Shown in pieces: positions 16,871 through 25,894 of a DNA stretch of 32,000 bases; positions within the stretch are counted from its first letter, which is position 1, and every line of letters begins with the position of its first letter. Both the position numbers and the translations under genes were made by a program. Under the pieces are notes generated by a model. That model did not search any database and had not been told where the DNA came from. It saw only the letters and a list, made by a program, of their open reading frames with translations. Source of the DNA: Candidatus Electrothrix yaqonensis (lineage in GTDB: Bacteria > Desulfobacterota > Desulfobulbia > Desulfobulbales > Desulfobulbaceae); contig CP178758.1 of the NCBI GenBank assembly GCA_047651235.1, positions 3,706,688-3,738,687 on the forward strand. The letters run 5' to 3'.

Positions 16871-17557
16871 TCAGGAACCACTGTTTTCTGCCGCTACCCT
16901 GTGAGGGGTTACATCCGAACTAACCGCAATAAATGTTTCCGGCATAAAAGTAACCCGACAGGCTATGATTGTAGAGTTAGGGAAATATGCAGATAATTGT
17001 CGTTTAGACAAGAGGTTAAATTTATTAAATTCACCTGCAAACCACATATATTTTTTTTGTATATGATTAAAACGAACAATGCTTCCCACCTTCAGATAAG
17101 CATTCCCCGGCAGCCAACTCACAAAGGGCAGGCGCAAATGGAATTCAAAAGGATACCAACGGTTAGGCGTAGTAATAAAATATTTTTTTGCCACTCTCAT
17201 CACTTCGGAAGCGAATTTTCTTTGGGCTTCAGCCCCTCCTACATGTTCAATTACCGCATTACTGTATGCAACATCAAAATATTGATCAGGCCACGGCAAA
17301 TTAAGTGCATCTGCAGTTTGTGCGTTTACGCCCGGATATTTTTTTCTTATATTTTTTATATGTTGGGGGGAAAGATTTACTGCTGTAACATTTTTTTTCC
17401 AAGGGTAAATGTCAAGAAACTGTATCCCTTCTGAATATTTGGTTCCAACCTGAGATCCAATATCAATTACACGAGTCGTTTCGTCAGGTCGAATCCTTGA
17501 AAAAAACAACTTGTTTTTTTTCTTTCTACTGATTTCAGAAAACTTTGTAAAAAGCAT
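16871..17557 (-). CDS. Class I SAM-dependent methyltransferase
   Basis: Motif I-like VIDIGSQVG, FDVAYSNAVIEHVGG (Methyltransf_11-type post-motif II/III), and about 228 aa. Confidence 0.65.
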   Translation of the reverse strand: MLFTKFSEISRKKKNKLFFSRIRPDETTRVIDIGSQVGTKYSEGIQFLDIYPWKKNVTAVNLSPQHIKNIRKKYPGVNAQTADALNLPWPDQYFDVAYSNAVIEHVGGAEAQRKFASEVMRVAKKYFITTPNRWYPFEFHLRLPFVSWLPGNAYLKVGSIVRFNHIQKKYMWFAGEFNKFNLLSKRQLSAYFPNSTIIACRVTFMPETFIAVSSDVTPHRVAAENSGS

Positions 17558-17574
17558 CGTTTTGTCTATTTCTC

Positions 17575-17681
17575 TTAACCTACTGATTTACGCACACGAA
17601 TAAAAAGTCAAAGAGTACGACACAGCGAAAACGTGAAGTCTGCCGATTCTACGTTTTGGGTGCGTAACATCAGTTAACTTA
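17575..17681. mobile_element. About 100-bp miniature remnant carrying both ends of the TTACGCA-ended IS family
   Basis: Left end ctgatttacgcac (17583-) and right end gtgcgtaacatcagttaactta (17660-17681). The right end is nearly identical to the right end of the IS at 10439-10463 (tgcgtaacatcagttgttaactta). Confidence 0.55.
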
Positions 17682-17712
17682 GAGGCTGTTGACATTTAAC
17701 CTAACCATTAAG

Positions 17713-18984
17713 CTACTTAGAAATTGTGCGAGCTCTACTATAGGAAAGCTCATTTTCGGCAGGCGATGATTTAGAATTTTTAGCTGAATAAAAAAATAAA
17801 AGTATAAAAGGTGATAGACCAACAAAATTGATTGCAGATTCACTCATCATTCCGGTACAAAGTGTAGAAAATAAATATACAGCAAGAACGTAATGCTCAG
17901 TTTTATTTTCTTGATTCGAAAAACGAGTGAAAAAAATATACATCATTACAAACATATAATAAAACATCCCTATTAGGCCTGTTTGGCTAATTAAAGCTCC
18001 GAAATAACTCTCTCCAATCTCCTCCCTGTTTAACGTAAGTTCATCAAGTTTTGCAAAGTTACCTGCATTACCGATACCTATTCCAAATGGATCTTCTAAT
18101 ATCAAATGAACCGCTGAAACAAGGCCGCTAGCATGTTTTGATGCGCTGTAATAATTACCATACGATGCTGTATTAATCAATATATATGATGAAATTACAA
18201 CGAAAAGGATAGAAAAGAATGCAATGACTCTTGGACGAACTTTTTCAGAAAAATTAATATATACCCCCAATATAACAGCAAGAACACCACCCTTACTAAA
18301 GGTTAGTAATAGAGATAGCAAAAAAACTATTGATATAGTATATTTTTTTTGAAAGAAAAAATATAGGGTTGGATATGCAAGTATATGCGCTATAATAGTT
18401 GGCTGGGCAATAAAAAACGAAACAGCCCTTCTTTGCACACCAGACCCTATTAACAAAAAATCCCAAGTATACCAACCCCTAGGAACCCCATTACTTCCAA
18501 GCCAGTTCGCCAATCCTTTACTATGTACAAACTCATCATATCTAAGCCAATACCAAAAAGCATTTCCATTATAATGAAAATATATGATCTCCGCATAATT
18601 ACTAATCATCAAGGCAAAAAGAAAAAAAATTAAATAATTATGAGCTAATCTGTAGTTAAAGTTACCATTTACCTTATAAAAAGAAGCTGCTATAATAGAA
18701 GATATTATAATAAGCTGCCTTAATGAAAGAAGAGAATGCATTCCATACGACATCCAGTTTACACAACAATACAAAGTGTATACTATAGACAATAAATACA
18801 GATATTGATTTTTTTTAACCTTGAAAAACTTTACAGCTCCTGTTAAGATCAGAATGAATGCTATCCCCTCTTTCAAAGAAAGAGCTACTTGTGTATAATC
18901 AGAAAGAAAAACATTAACTATTGGTGCTGCTATATTTTGCAAGAAACATGCTGCTGTAAATACAATAAATGCGAATAGCTGCAT
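17713..18984 (-). CDS. O-antigen polymerase/ligase-like polytopic membrane protein (Wzy-like)
   Basis: 423 aa, with at least 10 hydrophobic segments, very AT-rich, and located among GT, Wzx and modification genes. There is no soluble domain. The assignment rests on topology and context. Confidence 0.5.
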   Translation of the reverse strand: MQLFAFIVFTAACFLQNIAAPIVNVFLSDYTQVALSLKEGIAFILILTGAVKFFKVKKNQYLYLLSIVYTLYCCVNWMSYGMHSLLSLRQLIIISSIIAASFYKVNGNFNYRLAHNYLIFFLFALMISNYAEIIYFHYNGNAFWYWLRYDEFVHSKGLANWLGSNGVPRGWYTWDFLLIGSGVQRRAVSFFIAQPTIIAHILAYPTLYFFFQKKYTISIVFLLSLLLTFSKGGVLAVILGVYINFSEKVRPRVIAFFSILFVVISSYILINTASYGNYYSASKHASGLVSAVHLILEDPFGIGIGNAGNFAKLDELTLNREEIGESYFGALISQTGLIGMFYYMFVMMYIFFTRFSNQENKTEHYVLAVYLFSTLCTGMMSESAINFVGLSPFILLFFYSAKNSKSSPAENELSYSRARTISK

Positions 18985-19081
18985 AACTTAAAGAATGTAA
19001 GCGTTGTTATTTCGATCTCTCAGACGGATTTTGTTTATCGATACTAATCGATTATCTGAATTTTTCTATATAATATATTTT

Positions 19082-20152
19082 ATGCTCTCTGCTATAGTAA
19101 AAAGAAAGTCCCCCCCCCCCCCTTATGTTCTCTTGCTTTTGACTGCTGCTTTGAGCATATTACTCTATGTATCATTATGTCGCAGCAACATGATTGTTAC
19201 AGCAGACAGGAAGGCTGACAAAAGGGCTCAAAATATATTAGAGTGGTTATATATATTGCCAACTAAAAAAAACAACAAAATACTATCAGGCCAACATGGG
19301 TGGAATAACGCAGCACTCATATACAAGGAAACCGGCTCTTGGCCAGCCATACTTGAGCTTAGTCTATGGAATGGAAAAGCAGGGTTTAACAGGTGGCCAC
19401 ATGCGAAAAAAAATCGTGAGGTTCTGAAAGAATATTGGGACAAAGGCGGATTAGTCAGCATCCATATGCCGGTACCTAATCCGATAAATAAAACTAGCCA
19501 GCTCGACAGAACAAATTTAAAAGATGATAAAATTTCCCTTTGTCTTCAGGAAGGTACCGTTTCAAACAATAATCTTAACCAATGGTTAACAGTTTTTACT
19601 TCTCATATTAAATGGTTGGAGTTAAACGGAGTTATTGTTTTCATTAGACCCTTACACGAAATGAACGGAAGCTGGTTTTGGTACGGAAAAAAAGATACAG
19701 ATATCTACATAAAACTATACAAATATCTGTTTGAGTTCTTGGTGATAAAATCAGACCTTCATAATATTTTATTCGTATACTCTCCAAGCCTGATGCACAA
19801 TAATTTAATCAACTACTACCCTGGGGATGAATATGTTGATATTGTAGGAGCGGATATATATCGAACTCCTCCTATCCGCAGTGAAGATATGGAAGCGTAC
19901 AACCTATTGTCTTCCTTGGGAAAGCCATTTGCAATTACAGAGCTGGGTTGGAATTCACAAAAGAATACGCCAGCCCCCAACACGCAAAATGCATATAAAG
20001 ATATTGTCTTATCAATAAAAGAAACGGTACCTCGGACTGTTTGGTGGAATTCTTGGACGGATAGCCGAAACCCTGCTTTGCAGAAAGAAATAAAAAAATT
20101 GTATAGAGACCCTTGGGTAATAACACGAGATGAAGTCAACTGGAAAAAATAA
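19082..20152 (+). CDS. Glycoside hydrolase family 26 (beta-mannanase-like) with an N-terminal signal anchor
   Basis: VFIRPLHEMNGSWFWYG is the GH26 acid/base Glu motif, and PFAITELGW is the nucleophile Glu context. From ATG 19082 the N-terminus reads MLSAIVKRKSPPPPYVLLLLTAALSILLYVSLC (signal-like). The ORF track starts at TTG 19004. Confidence 0.75.
   Translation: MLSAIVKRKSPPPPYVLLLLTAALSILLYVSLCRSNMIVTADRKADKRAQNILEWLYILPTKKNNKILSGQHGWNNAALIYKETGSWPAILELSLWNGKAGFNRWPHAKKNREVLKEYWDKGGLVSIHMPVPNPINKTSQLDRTNLKDDKISLCLQEGTVSNNNLNQWLTVFTSHIKWLELNGVIVFIRPLHEMNGSWFWYGKKDTDIYIKLYKYLFEFLVIKSDLHNILFVYSPSLMHNNLINYYPGDEYVDIVGADIYRTPPIRSEDMEAYNLLSSLGKPFAITELGWNSQKNTPAPNTQNAYKDIVLSIKETVPRTVWWNSWTDSRNPALQKEIKKLYRDPWVITRDEVNWKK
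19110..19122 (+). repeat. Homopolymeric C13 tract inside the 5' end of the GH26 gene
   Basis: aag tcc ccc ccc ccc cct tat has 13 consecutive C encoding SPPPP, in an otherwise AT-rich gene. Confidence 0.95.
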
Positions 20153-20199
20153 GTTGTACCTGTTTTCCGAGCTAACTTCATCTTCTTCCGCTGCTACGG

Positions 20200-20553
20200 T
20201 TAAAGAGGTTGGATCGATATCCTTTCAACAATGGAGTTCCATATAAGTGCAGTCATTTCCACATAAACTTCTCGATCTAAACTCATAGCTGTTAACGCTG
20301 TTGCGTAACCAGAATCTCCAATATCAACATGAAGAAGAAACTGCTTTACCCCGACATATTCTGTGTCGCTGTTACATTCAATTTGTACCATATATGCACT
20401 TGCATTTCCACTTGCTAACGTTGGAACTACACCTGTACCGACAACCTTTCCACGGGAACATTTATTGGCAGCTAACGCCGGTGTAAACACACAGGCCATA
20501 ATCGCAATAGCTGCTACAATCACCGAACCTACTTTCAATACAACACGTTTCAT
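20200..20553 (-). CDS. Small secreted protein of unknown function (117 aa)
   Basis: GGAGG lies 7 nt upstream of ATG 20553 on the minus strand. Signal peptide: MKRVVLKVGSVIVAAIAIMACVFTPALAANK. It lies 59 nt downstream of the STN-repeat gene on the same strand. Confidence 0.6.
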   Translation of the reverse strand: MKRVVLKVGSVIVAAIAIMACVFTPALAANKCSRGKVVGTGVVPTLASGNASAYMVQIECNSDTEYVGVKQFLLHVDIGDSGYATALTAMSLDREVYVEMTALIWNSIVERISIQPL

Positions 20554-20612
20554 TTTTTCGCCTCCTTTGAAGGGGATGTATGTACTTAAAAAAACAGATA
20601 AATATTGCATTT

Positions 20613-21596
20613 TTATTTGCCATCCAGAATTTCGTTATCATCGGCAAGCCGTTTTTTATAATCTTTGTCCTGCCGGACATGCATTGCTCTGAGCTCACCC
20701 CGTGTCATACCGCCATCCAGAATTTCGTTATCATCGGCAAGCCGTTTTTTATAATCTTTGTCCTGCCGGACATGCATTGCTCTGAGCTCACCCCGTGTCA
20801 TACCGCCATCCAGAATTTCGTTATCATCGGCAAGCCGTTTTTTATAATCTTTGTCCTGCCGGACATGCATTGCTCTGAGCTCACCCCGTGTCATACCGCC
20901 ATCCAGAATTTCGTTATCATCGGCAAGCCGTTTTTTATAATCTTTGTCCTGCCGGACATGCATTGCTCTGAGCTCACCCCGTGTCATACCGCCATCCAGA
21001 ATTTCGTTATCATCGGCAAGCCGTTTTTTATAATCTTTGTCCTGCCGGACATGCATTGCTCTGAGCTCACCCCGTGTCATACCGCCATCCAGAATTTCGT
21101 TATCATCGGCTATACGTTCTCTATATTCTTTATACTGCTGTCTCTGCATTTTCTTCACTTCCTCCAATGTCATCCCCTCCCCCTCGGCGTCCTGCAGAGA
21201 GGCAGAATCAACCTGGTCATCAGGCAGGGCAGCACCAGCCCGAACAAATTTTTTCGCGCCAAAGGTCTTGACGATTATTTTCTTTTCACTCCTGAAGACC
21301 TGAATACTTTTATTATCTTCACTGAACAGCCGGTTAATCGCTTCGGACAGTTTGACGTCCTTATAACTGCCGCTCACCTTCTTGTCCGCCAGTTTCTGAT
21401 CATAGAAAAGAACAACACCTGCCTGACGGGAGATATCCCCTAACACCTTGTTCAGGCTTTCATCCTGAAAACGAACAGTCACGGGGACATCCAACCAGTC
21501 TGATTTATTTTCCGCTGCCGACAGACAAACAGTAGGTGCAAACAGACAGCTAATAATCAACATTATGATAATTTTATATTTTTTCAGCTTCAGCAT
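20613..21596 (-). CDS. Secreted STN-domain (secretin/TonB N-terminal short domain-like) protein with C-terminal 31-aa tandem repeats
   Basis: From ATG 21596: MLKLKKYKIIIMLIISCLFAPTVCLSAAE (signal). Next comes VTVRFQDESLNKVLGDISRQAGVVLFYDQKLADKKVSGSYKDVKLSEAINRLF...IQVFRSEKKIIVK (STN-like). Then five identical GGMTRGELRAMHVRQDKDYKKRLADDNEILD units run to the stop codon. Confidence 0.65.
   Translation of the reverse strand: MLKLKKYKIIIMLIISCLFAPTVCLSAAENKSDWLDVPVTVRFQDESLNKVLGDISRQAGVVLFYDQKLADKKVSGSYKDVKLSEAINRLFSEDNKSIQVFRSEKKIIVKTFGAKKFVRAGAALPDDQVDSASLQDAEGEGMTLEEVKKMQRQQYKEYRERIADDNEILDGGMTRGELRAMHVRQDKDYKKRLADDNEILDGGMTRGELRAMHVRQDKDYKKRLADDNEILDGGMTRGELRAMHVRQDKDYKKRLADDNEILDGGMTRGELRAMHVRQDKDYKKRLADDNEILDGGMTRGELRAMHVRQDKDYKKRLADDNEILDGK
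20620..21112 (-). repeat. Perfect 93-bp tandem repeat: 5 full copies plus a partial sixth, and a degenerate ancestral copy upstream in the gene
   Basis: The unit ccatccagaatttcgttatcatcggcaagccg... starts at 20620, 20713, 20806, 20899, 20992 and 21085. The copies are identical by eye. The sixth diverges after tcatcggc. Confidence 0.95.
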
Positions 21597-21739
21597 ACCT
21601 GTATGTCTATCTGCTATAATTACCATTGAATATCCACAGCCATTTATTTTCATTAAACTATATCTCAAGATTGGAGTCAAGAAAAAAACGCGGTTTCAGC
21701 CGTTCTTCTCTTTATTGTTTTTCATGGAATAACATCGGA

Positions 21740-23017
21740 TTACAATGTTCCGTCTGTCAGCCTGCTATCCAGTACATGCTTGACATCATAGATTACGGCA
21801 AGCGGACGGCTGATGCGCTCTATCTTTTCTCTGCCGAACTCTGCAAATTCTCGGTGGGCCACAGCCAGAACAACTGCATCATAATATTGTTCCGGCAGCT
21901 CATCAATCATGGTTACCCCATAATACTGTTCCGCTTCCTTCGGATCAGCCCACGGATCATGCACCTCTATATTGGCACCATAAGAAGTCAGCTCGTTAAT
22001 AATATCTGTGACCCGCGTATTGCGCAGATCCGGACAGTTCTCCTTAAAGGTCAGACCGAGGATGAGAATCCTGGAATCCGCCACATGGATGCGCTTTTTG
22101 AGCATCAGCTTGACGACTTCCGAGGCGATATAGCTGCCCATATTATCATTGAGCCGCCGCCCGGCCAGAATCATCTCCGGATGGTAGCCGACCTGCTGCG
22201 CCTTGTGGGTCAGATAATACGGGTCAACACCGATGCAGTGCCCGCCCACCAGACCGGGCCGGAAGGGCAGGAAATTCCACTTTGTACCTGCGGCCTTGAG
22301 CACCTCCAGGGTATCAATGCCAAGACGGTTGAAGATCAAAGCAAGCTCGTTGATCAGGGCAATGTTGACATCACGTTGCGTGTTTTCAATGACCTTGGCC
22401 GCCTCAGCCACCCGGATGCTGCTGGCCTTAAAAGTGCCTGCCGTGATGATCATACCGTAGAGCTGATCAACAAACTCCTCAATCTCCGGGGTGGAGCCGG
22501 AGGTCACCTTGACGATGGTCGGCAGCCGATGCTCATGGTCACCGGGATTGATCCGTTCCGGACTGTATCCGGCAAAAAAATCCCGGTTAAAACGCAGCTC
22601 GGAAACCTTTTCCAAGATCGGGATACAGACCTCCTCAGTGGCTCCGGGATAGACAGTGGATTCATAAATCACCACATCCCCCGGTTTCAGCACCTGACCG
22701 ACAGTATACGAGGCGCTTTCCAGCGGATGCAGATCAGGCCGCTTATTGGCATCAATAGGAGTGGGAACAGCCACAATAAAGACATTGCACTGGCGCAGGT
22801 CTTCAATCAAGGACGTAAACGAAAGATTTTCCGCTGCAGCCAGTTCTTCAGCACTGACCTCACGGGTTGTATCAAGCCCCTGCTGCAGTTCCGCAATTCG
22901 CTGTTCTTTCAGGTCAAAGCCGACGCAAGGCATTTTCTTGCTGAATTCCACCGCCAGCGGCAGGCCAACATAACCGAGGCCGATTATGGCCGGTCTGGTT
23001 GAGGTAAGATCAGGCAT
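21740..23017 (-). CDS. Nucleotide-sugar dehydrogenase, UDP-GlcNAc/GalNAc 6-dehydrogenase type (TviB/WbpO/CapL-like)
   Basis: N-terminal Rossmann motif [24 protein letters not shown]...[15 protein letters not shown]. Also [23 protein letters not shown], and the catalytic Cys context [15 protein letters not shown]. Confidence 0.85.
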   Translation of the reverse strand: MPDLTSTRPAIIGLGYVGLPLAVEFSKKMPCVGFDLKEQRIAELQQGLDTTREVSAEELAAAENLSFTSLIEDLRQCNVFIVAVPTPIDANKRPDLHPLESASYTVGQVLKPGDVVIYESTVYPGATEEVCIPILEKVSELRFNRDFFAGYSPERINPGDHEHRLPTIVKVTSGSTPEIEEFVDQLYGMIITAGTFKASSIRVAEAAKVIENTQRDVNIALINELALIFNRLGIDTLEVLKAAGTKWNFLPFRPGLVGGHCIGVDPYYLTHKAQQVGYHPEMILAGRRLNDNMGSYIASEVVKLMLKKRIHVADSRILILGLTFKENCPDLRNTRVTDIINELTSYGANIEVHDPWADPKEAEQYYGVTMIDELPEQYYDAVVLAVAHREFAEFGREKIERISRPLAVIYDVKHVLDSRLTDGTL

Positions 23018-23102
23018 GTTTTTGCGACGTTAATTTTTGATGTTGAGATGTTGAATTGCATTGGATTGGTATTTACCGCTGCAGATCAGGCGGAAAGAGA
23101 AG

Positions 23103-23783
23103 CTACACGCCTCTCCCGATATCCGGCCAAATCCGGGTATGCAGCTGCAGCTGCAGCCGGACCGGCAACTGCTCCTGCAGAATCAGTTCCGCTACCCGGG
23201 CCGAAGCAAGGCGGTTAACAACCGGCGAAAAAAGCACCGGCACAAGTCCGGTCAGACCGTGCTGCCAAACAATATTTATTGCCCAAACAGCATCTTCCTC
23301 TGAGTTGAGAACAAATTTAACTTCATCACGGCTGCCCGCGTTTTTCCGTTTTTCCAGCAGAGCAAGATTATCCCATTCGTTCCGTTTAGCCATCCCGGAG
23401 TCAGGGCACTTGATATCCAGAATTACTCCGACTCCGACCGGTACCCGGGCGATGTGCAGACTGCCGCTGGTCTCCAGCAGTACTTCCCGTCCCTCGGCCA
23501 GCAGTTTATCCATCAGCGGATACGCTGCTTCCTGGAGCAGCGGCTCTCCGCCGGTGATTTCCACCATACTGCCGGGAAATTCCGCTACCCAGGAACAAAT
23601 CTGCTCCTGGCGCATCAGCGTTCCTTCTTCCTCCCAGGTATAGCGGGAATCGCAGTAGGAACAGCGCAGATTACAGCCGCAGAGCCGGATAAAGGCACAG
23701 GGCAGTCCGGCGCGGGTAGATTCTCCCTGGATGGAGTAAAACAGCTCGGAAACACGCAGCAGATGATCTGCAGATTCAGGCAC
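23103..23783 (-). CDS. queE: 7-carboxy-7-deazaguanine synthase (radical SAM)
   Basis: LRVSELFYSIQGESTRAGLPCAFIRLCGCNLRCSYCDSRYTW is the canonical QueE N-terminus. About 226 aa, overlapping queD by 8 nt. Confidence 0.85.
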   Translation of the reverse strand: MPESADHLLRVSELFYSIQGESTRAGLPCAFIRLCGCNLRCSYCDSRYTWEEEGTLMRQEQICSWVAEFPGSMVEITGGEPLLQEAAYPLMDKLLAEGREVLLETSGSLHIARVPVGVGVILDIKCPDSGMAKRNEWDNLALLEKRKNAGSRDEVKFVLNSEEDAVWAINIVWQHGLTGLVPVLFSPVVNRLASARVAELILQEQLPVRLQLQLHTRIWPDIGRGV

Positions 23784-24147
23784 CGTAATAAATTACGCCG
23801 CTGGAGTCAGTCTCCCGTACTTCAACGCTGTACAGCGCATACCGATCTGTGCTCAACCCGTCTGTAAGCTCCTCAAAAAGGAAACGGGCAATGTGCTCGG
23901 AGGACGGATTGCGATCCTGAAAGGCTGGATGCCCGTTCAGGTCGCAGTGGTCCAGTTCATCAACGACTCTGTTGACTTCTTCTTTCAGCACCTTGAAATC
24001 AATCCCCATCCCCAAGTTATCCAGCTCCTGAGTACGGACTGTCACCTTGACCTTCCAGTTATGGCCGTGCGGTTTTTCACAGTTTCCCGGATAATCCCGC
24101 AGATGATGGCCGCCGGAAAAATGCGTTCTTATAAAAATATCAAACAT
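23776..24147 (-). CDS. queD: 6-carboxy-5,6,7,8-tetrahydropterin synthase
   Basis: FSGGHHLRDYPGNCEKPHGHNWKVKV (Zn-binding His and catalytic Cys motif of QueD/PTPS), and 123 aa. Confidence 0.85.
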   Translation of the reverse strand: MFDIFIRTHFSGGHHLRDYPGNCEKPHGHNWKVKVTVRTQELDNLGMGIDFKVLKEEVNRVVDELDHCDLNGHPAFQDRNPSSEHIARFLFEELTDGLSTDRYALYSVEVRETDSSGVIYYGA

Positions 24148-24322
24148 GATTGGCCTGTATGCCCTCTATGATAATATCATAAAAATCGTTATCTGCTGAC
24201 TAGCTGAAAACTACGTAGCAGAAAGTCACCTGTTTTTCAATTATTTTATGCAGCAGTCGGCAATTTTGCAGGCGAATGCGCAATGATAATCCCTGCCGTC
24301 TCGACCTGAGCTTTCCATCAGT

Positions 24323-25195
24323 TCAACCTGCTTTGCCGAAAATTTTCGGTACAGTATACGGAACCTGAAGATACTCAAGCACCTTACCCGTTTTATGATA
24401 ATTATGCTTATGGAAAAAACGGGAAAAGTTGAAAGATATACCGATATAGCCACTTCTTTCCCTGTCTGTTTCAGATGTATCATATCCCCGTGAAAAGTAG
24501 CCTGCATGCAGCTCCGTCCATTGCAGCCAGGAGTCTTCCAGCTCGTCAAAACCGGCAAGTTTGACAACCAGCGCATAGTACATATTGGAGTAGTCATCAA
24601 AAATACCGTTGACAGGTACATTAAAGGCATATTCGACGCGGAAGTCTATTTTGCGGTCCAGGTCCGGGTAGTATTCCATAAGCATGCCGGTCAGCGCACC
24701 GAGGGTATTCATCGTCATATCGCCCCAGTCAAAGCCCTGCGTTTCACTGGTCGCATCATCAAGTTCCATAACTGCCTGCACTGTCCACGCCGACAATACA
24801 CCGTAACTGCGGGCGGTTTCCCTGTCGTACCCCCAATGTTTATACAGGCCGATAAAGGCCTCGGAGAGGGTGCAGGTGGCCCAGAAATGGCCAGCCTTGT
24901 CCGCACCTCCGTATTTTGAATCCTTTTCAAACCAACCTTCGTCGGAAAAGTGAAAATCGCCGGAGCCGTAATCCCAATCAGCAAGACCATACAAGGTAAT
25001 AAAGGCAGCTGCAGCGATATTGGTGTACAGGGCTTTTTTCTCCTTGGGTAGACTGCCCCACCAGCCAGCATATATATTGTCGGCTACCCGGTCGGATTCC
25101 GTTGAATCCGGTATATTGCTGCTGCATGCCCGGGAAGCAGGCAACGGCAATATAACAGCAGCACAGAACAGGATATAGCGGACGCATCCTTTCAT
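24323..25195 (-). CDS. Lipoprotein, DUF2279-like
   Basis: From ATG 25195: MKGCVRYILFCAAVILPLPASRACSS (lipobox-like). GGADKAGHFWATCTLSEAF and GFDWGDMTMNTLGALTG resemble the DKxGH and GFSxxDLxANxxG motifs of DUF2279. The assignment is from memory. Confidence 0.5.
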   Translation of the reverse strand: MKGCVRYILFCAAVILPLPASRACSSNIPDSTESDRVADNIYAGWWGSLPKEKKALYTNIAAAAFITLYGLADWDYGSGDFHFSDEGWFEKDSKYGGADKAGHFWATCTLSEAFIGLYKHWGYDRETARSYGVLSAWTVQAVMELDDATSETQGFDWGDMTMNTLGALTGMLMEYYPDLDRKIDFRVEYAFNVPVNGIFDDYSNMYYALVVKLAGFDELEDSWLQWTELHAGYFSRGYDTSETDRERSGYIGISFNFSRFFHKHNYHKTGKVLEYLQVPYTVPKIFGKAG

Positions 25196-25894
25196 TATTT
25201 CTTCAGGCCGGAAGAGGGTACTTGATTCAGCTATAAGCTGTCTATTGGACAGTAATATAGAAGGGGCCGACGATTTTCCTGTCATGGAAACAAGTATATG
25301 CAAATACCCCTGATAGCCCGAACTTATTTTTTTGTTTCTGCTGCAAAGAAAAAGTTGTTTTTTTATGAAGAATAGAGTAAAAATATTTGTACTATATCTA
25401 TGCCTAATATTGAAAACTGAATTTTATTCCAATTTCAAAGGCAGGCCGACTGACGAAAAAAGGCAGCTGAAGCTTGAGGAGATATCACCAGATTTTTTTG
25501 GGGATATAAGTTTCAGCTGCCTTTCTTTAATGAAACCCCACAATGTAGTTTCTGTCAATTTCATTTTTTTCGCAGCATTCGGAGAAAGGTGGAGGCACAA
25601 TCGAAAGTTCACCATGTCACCGGCTGAGGTCATGCTGCTGCTGATTCTGTGCTATCGTTCAGGATATCGTATATTTTAAGCAGTTTACAAAGGTTATGTG
25701 CCGGTTATACTGATATTTAACTGGATTGAAAAAAAACTGGCACGCAGAGTGCCCCGAAGGTCAAGTCAACGCAGGGACTCCTTGTTCATGTCTACGGGAA
25801 ACTGGCTGCCGTAATGCTGATACTGACACTGGTTTTCAACTCTTAGCCTGATTCGCATAAGCAGGAAACAGCAAACGAGAACAGCATCAACAAT

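Noticed and set aside
20620-21112. Regularly spaced 93-bp repeats considered as a possible CRISPR-like array
   Set aside because: The repeats are directly abutting with no unique spacers. The unit is a multiple of 3 and in frame within a protein-coding gene.
20580-21443. 287-aa plus-strand ORF across the 93-bp repeats
   Set aside because: It is open only because the repeat lacks stops in that frame. The minus-strand gene has a signal peptide, an STN-like domain and an SD sequence.
21626-23002. 458-aa plus-strand ORF
   Set aside because: It is antisense to the nucleotide-sugar dehydrogenase, which has a canonical Rossmann motif and catalytic Cys. The plus-strand translation is low-complexity.
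24148-24240. Looked for a preQ1 riboswitch in the leader of queD-queE (minus strand)
   Set aside because: The leader (…CTGCTACGTAGTTTTCAGCTAGTCAGCAG…GAGGGCATACAGGCCAATCATG) lacks the conserved preQ1-I features I know: a small stem-loop followed by a CCC element and an A-rich AAAAAACTA tail. A covariance-model scan would be needed to be certain.
25332-25679. 115-aa ORF, plus an imperfect 16-bp inverted repeat (aaggcagctgaagctt / aagtttcagctgcctt) at about 25460-25525
   Set aside because: The ORF has no SD, odd composition and no motifs, so it was not called as a gene. The inverted repeat has a mismatch and a 31-nt loop, so its function cannot be inferred.
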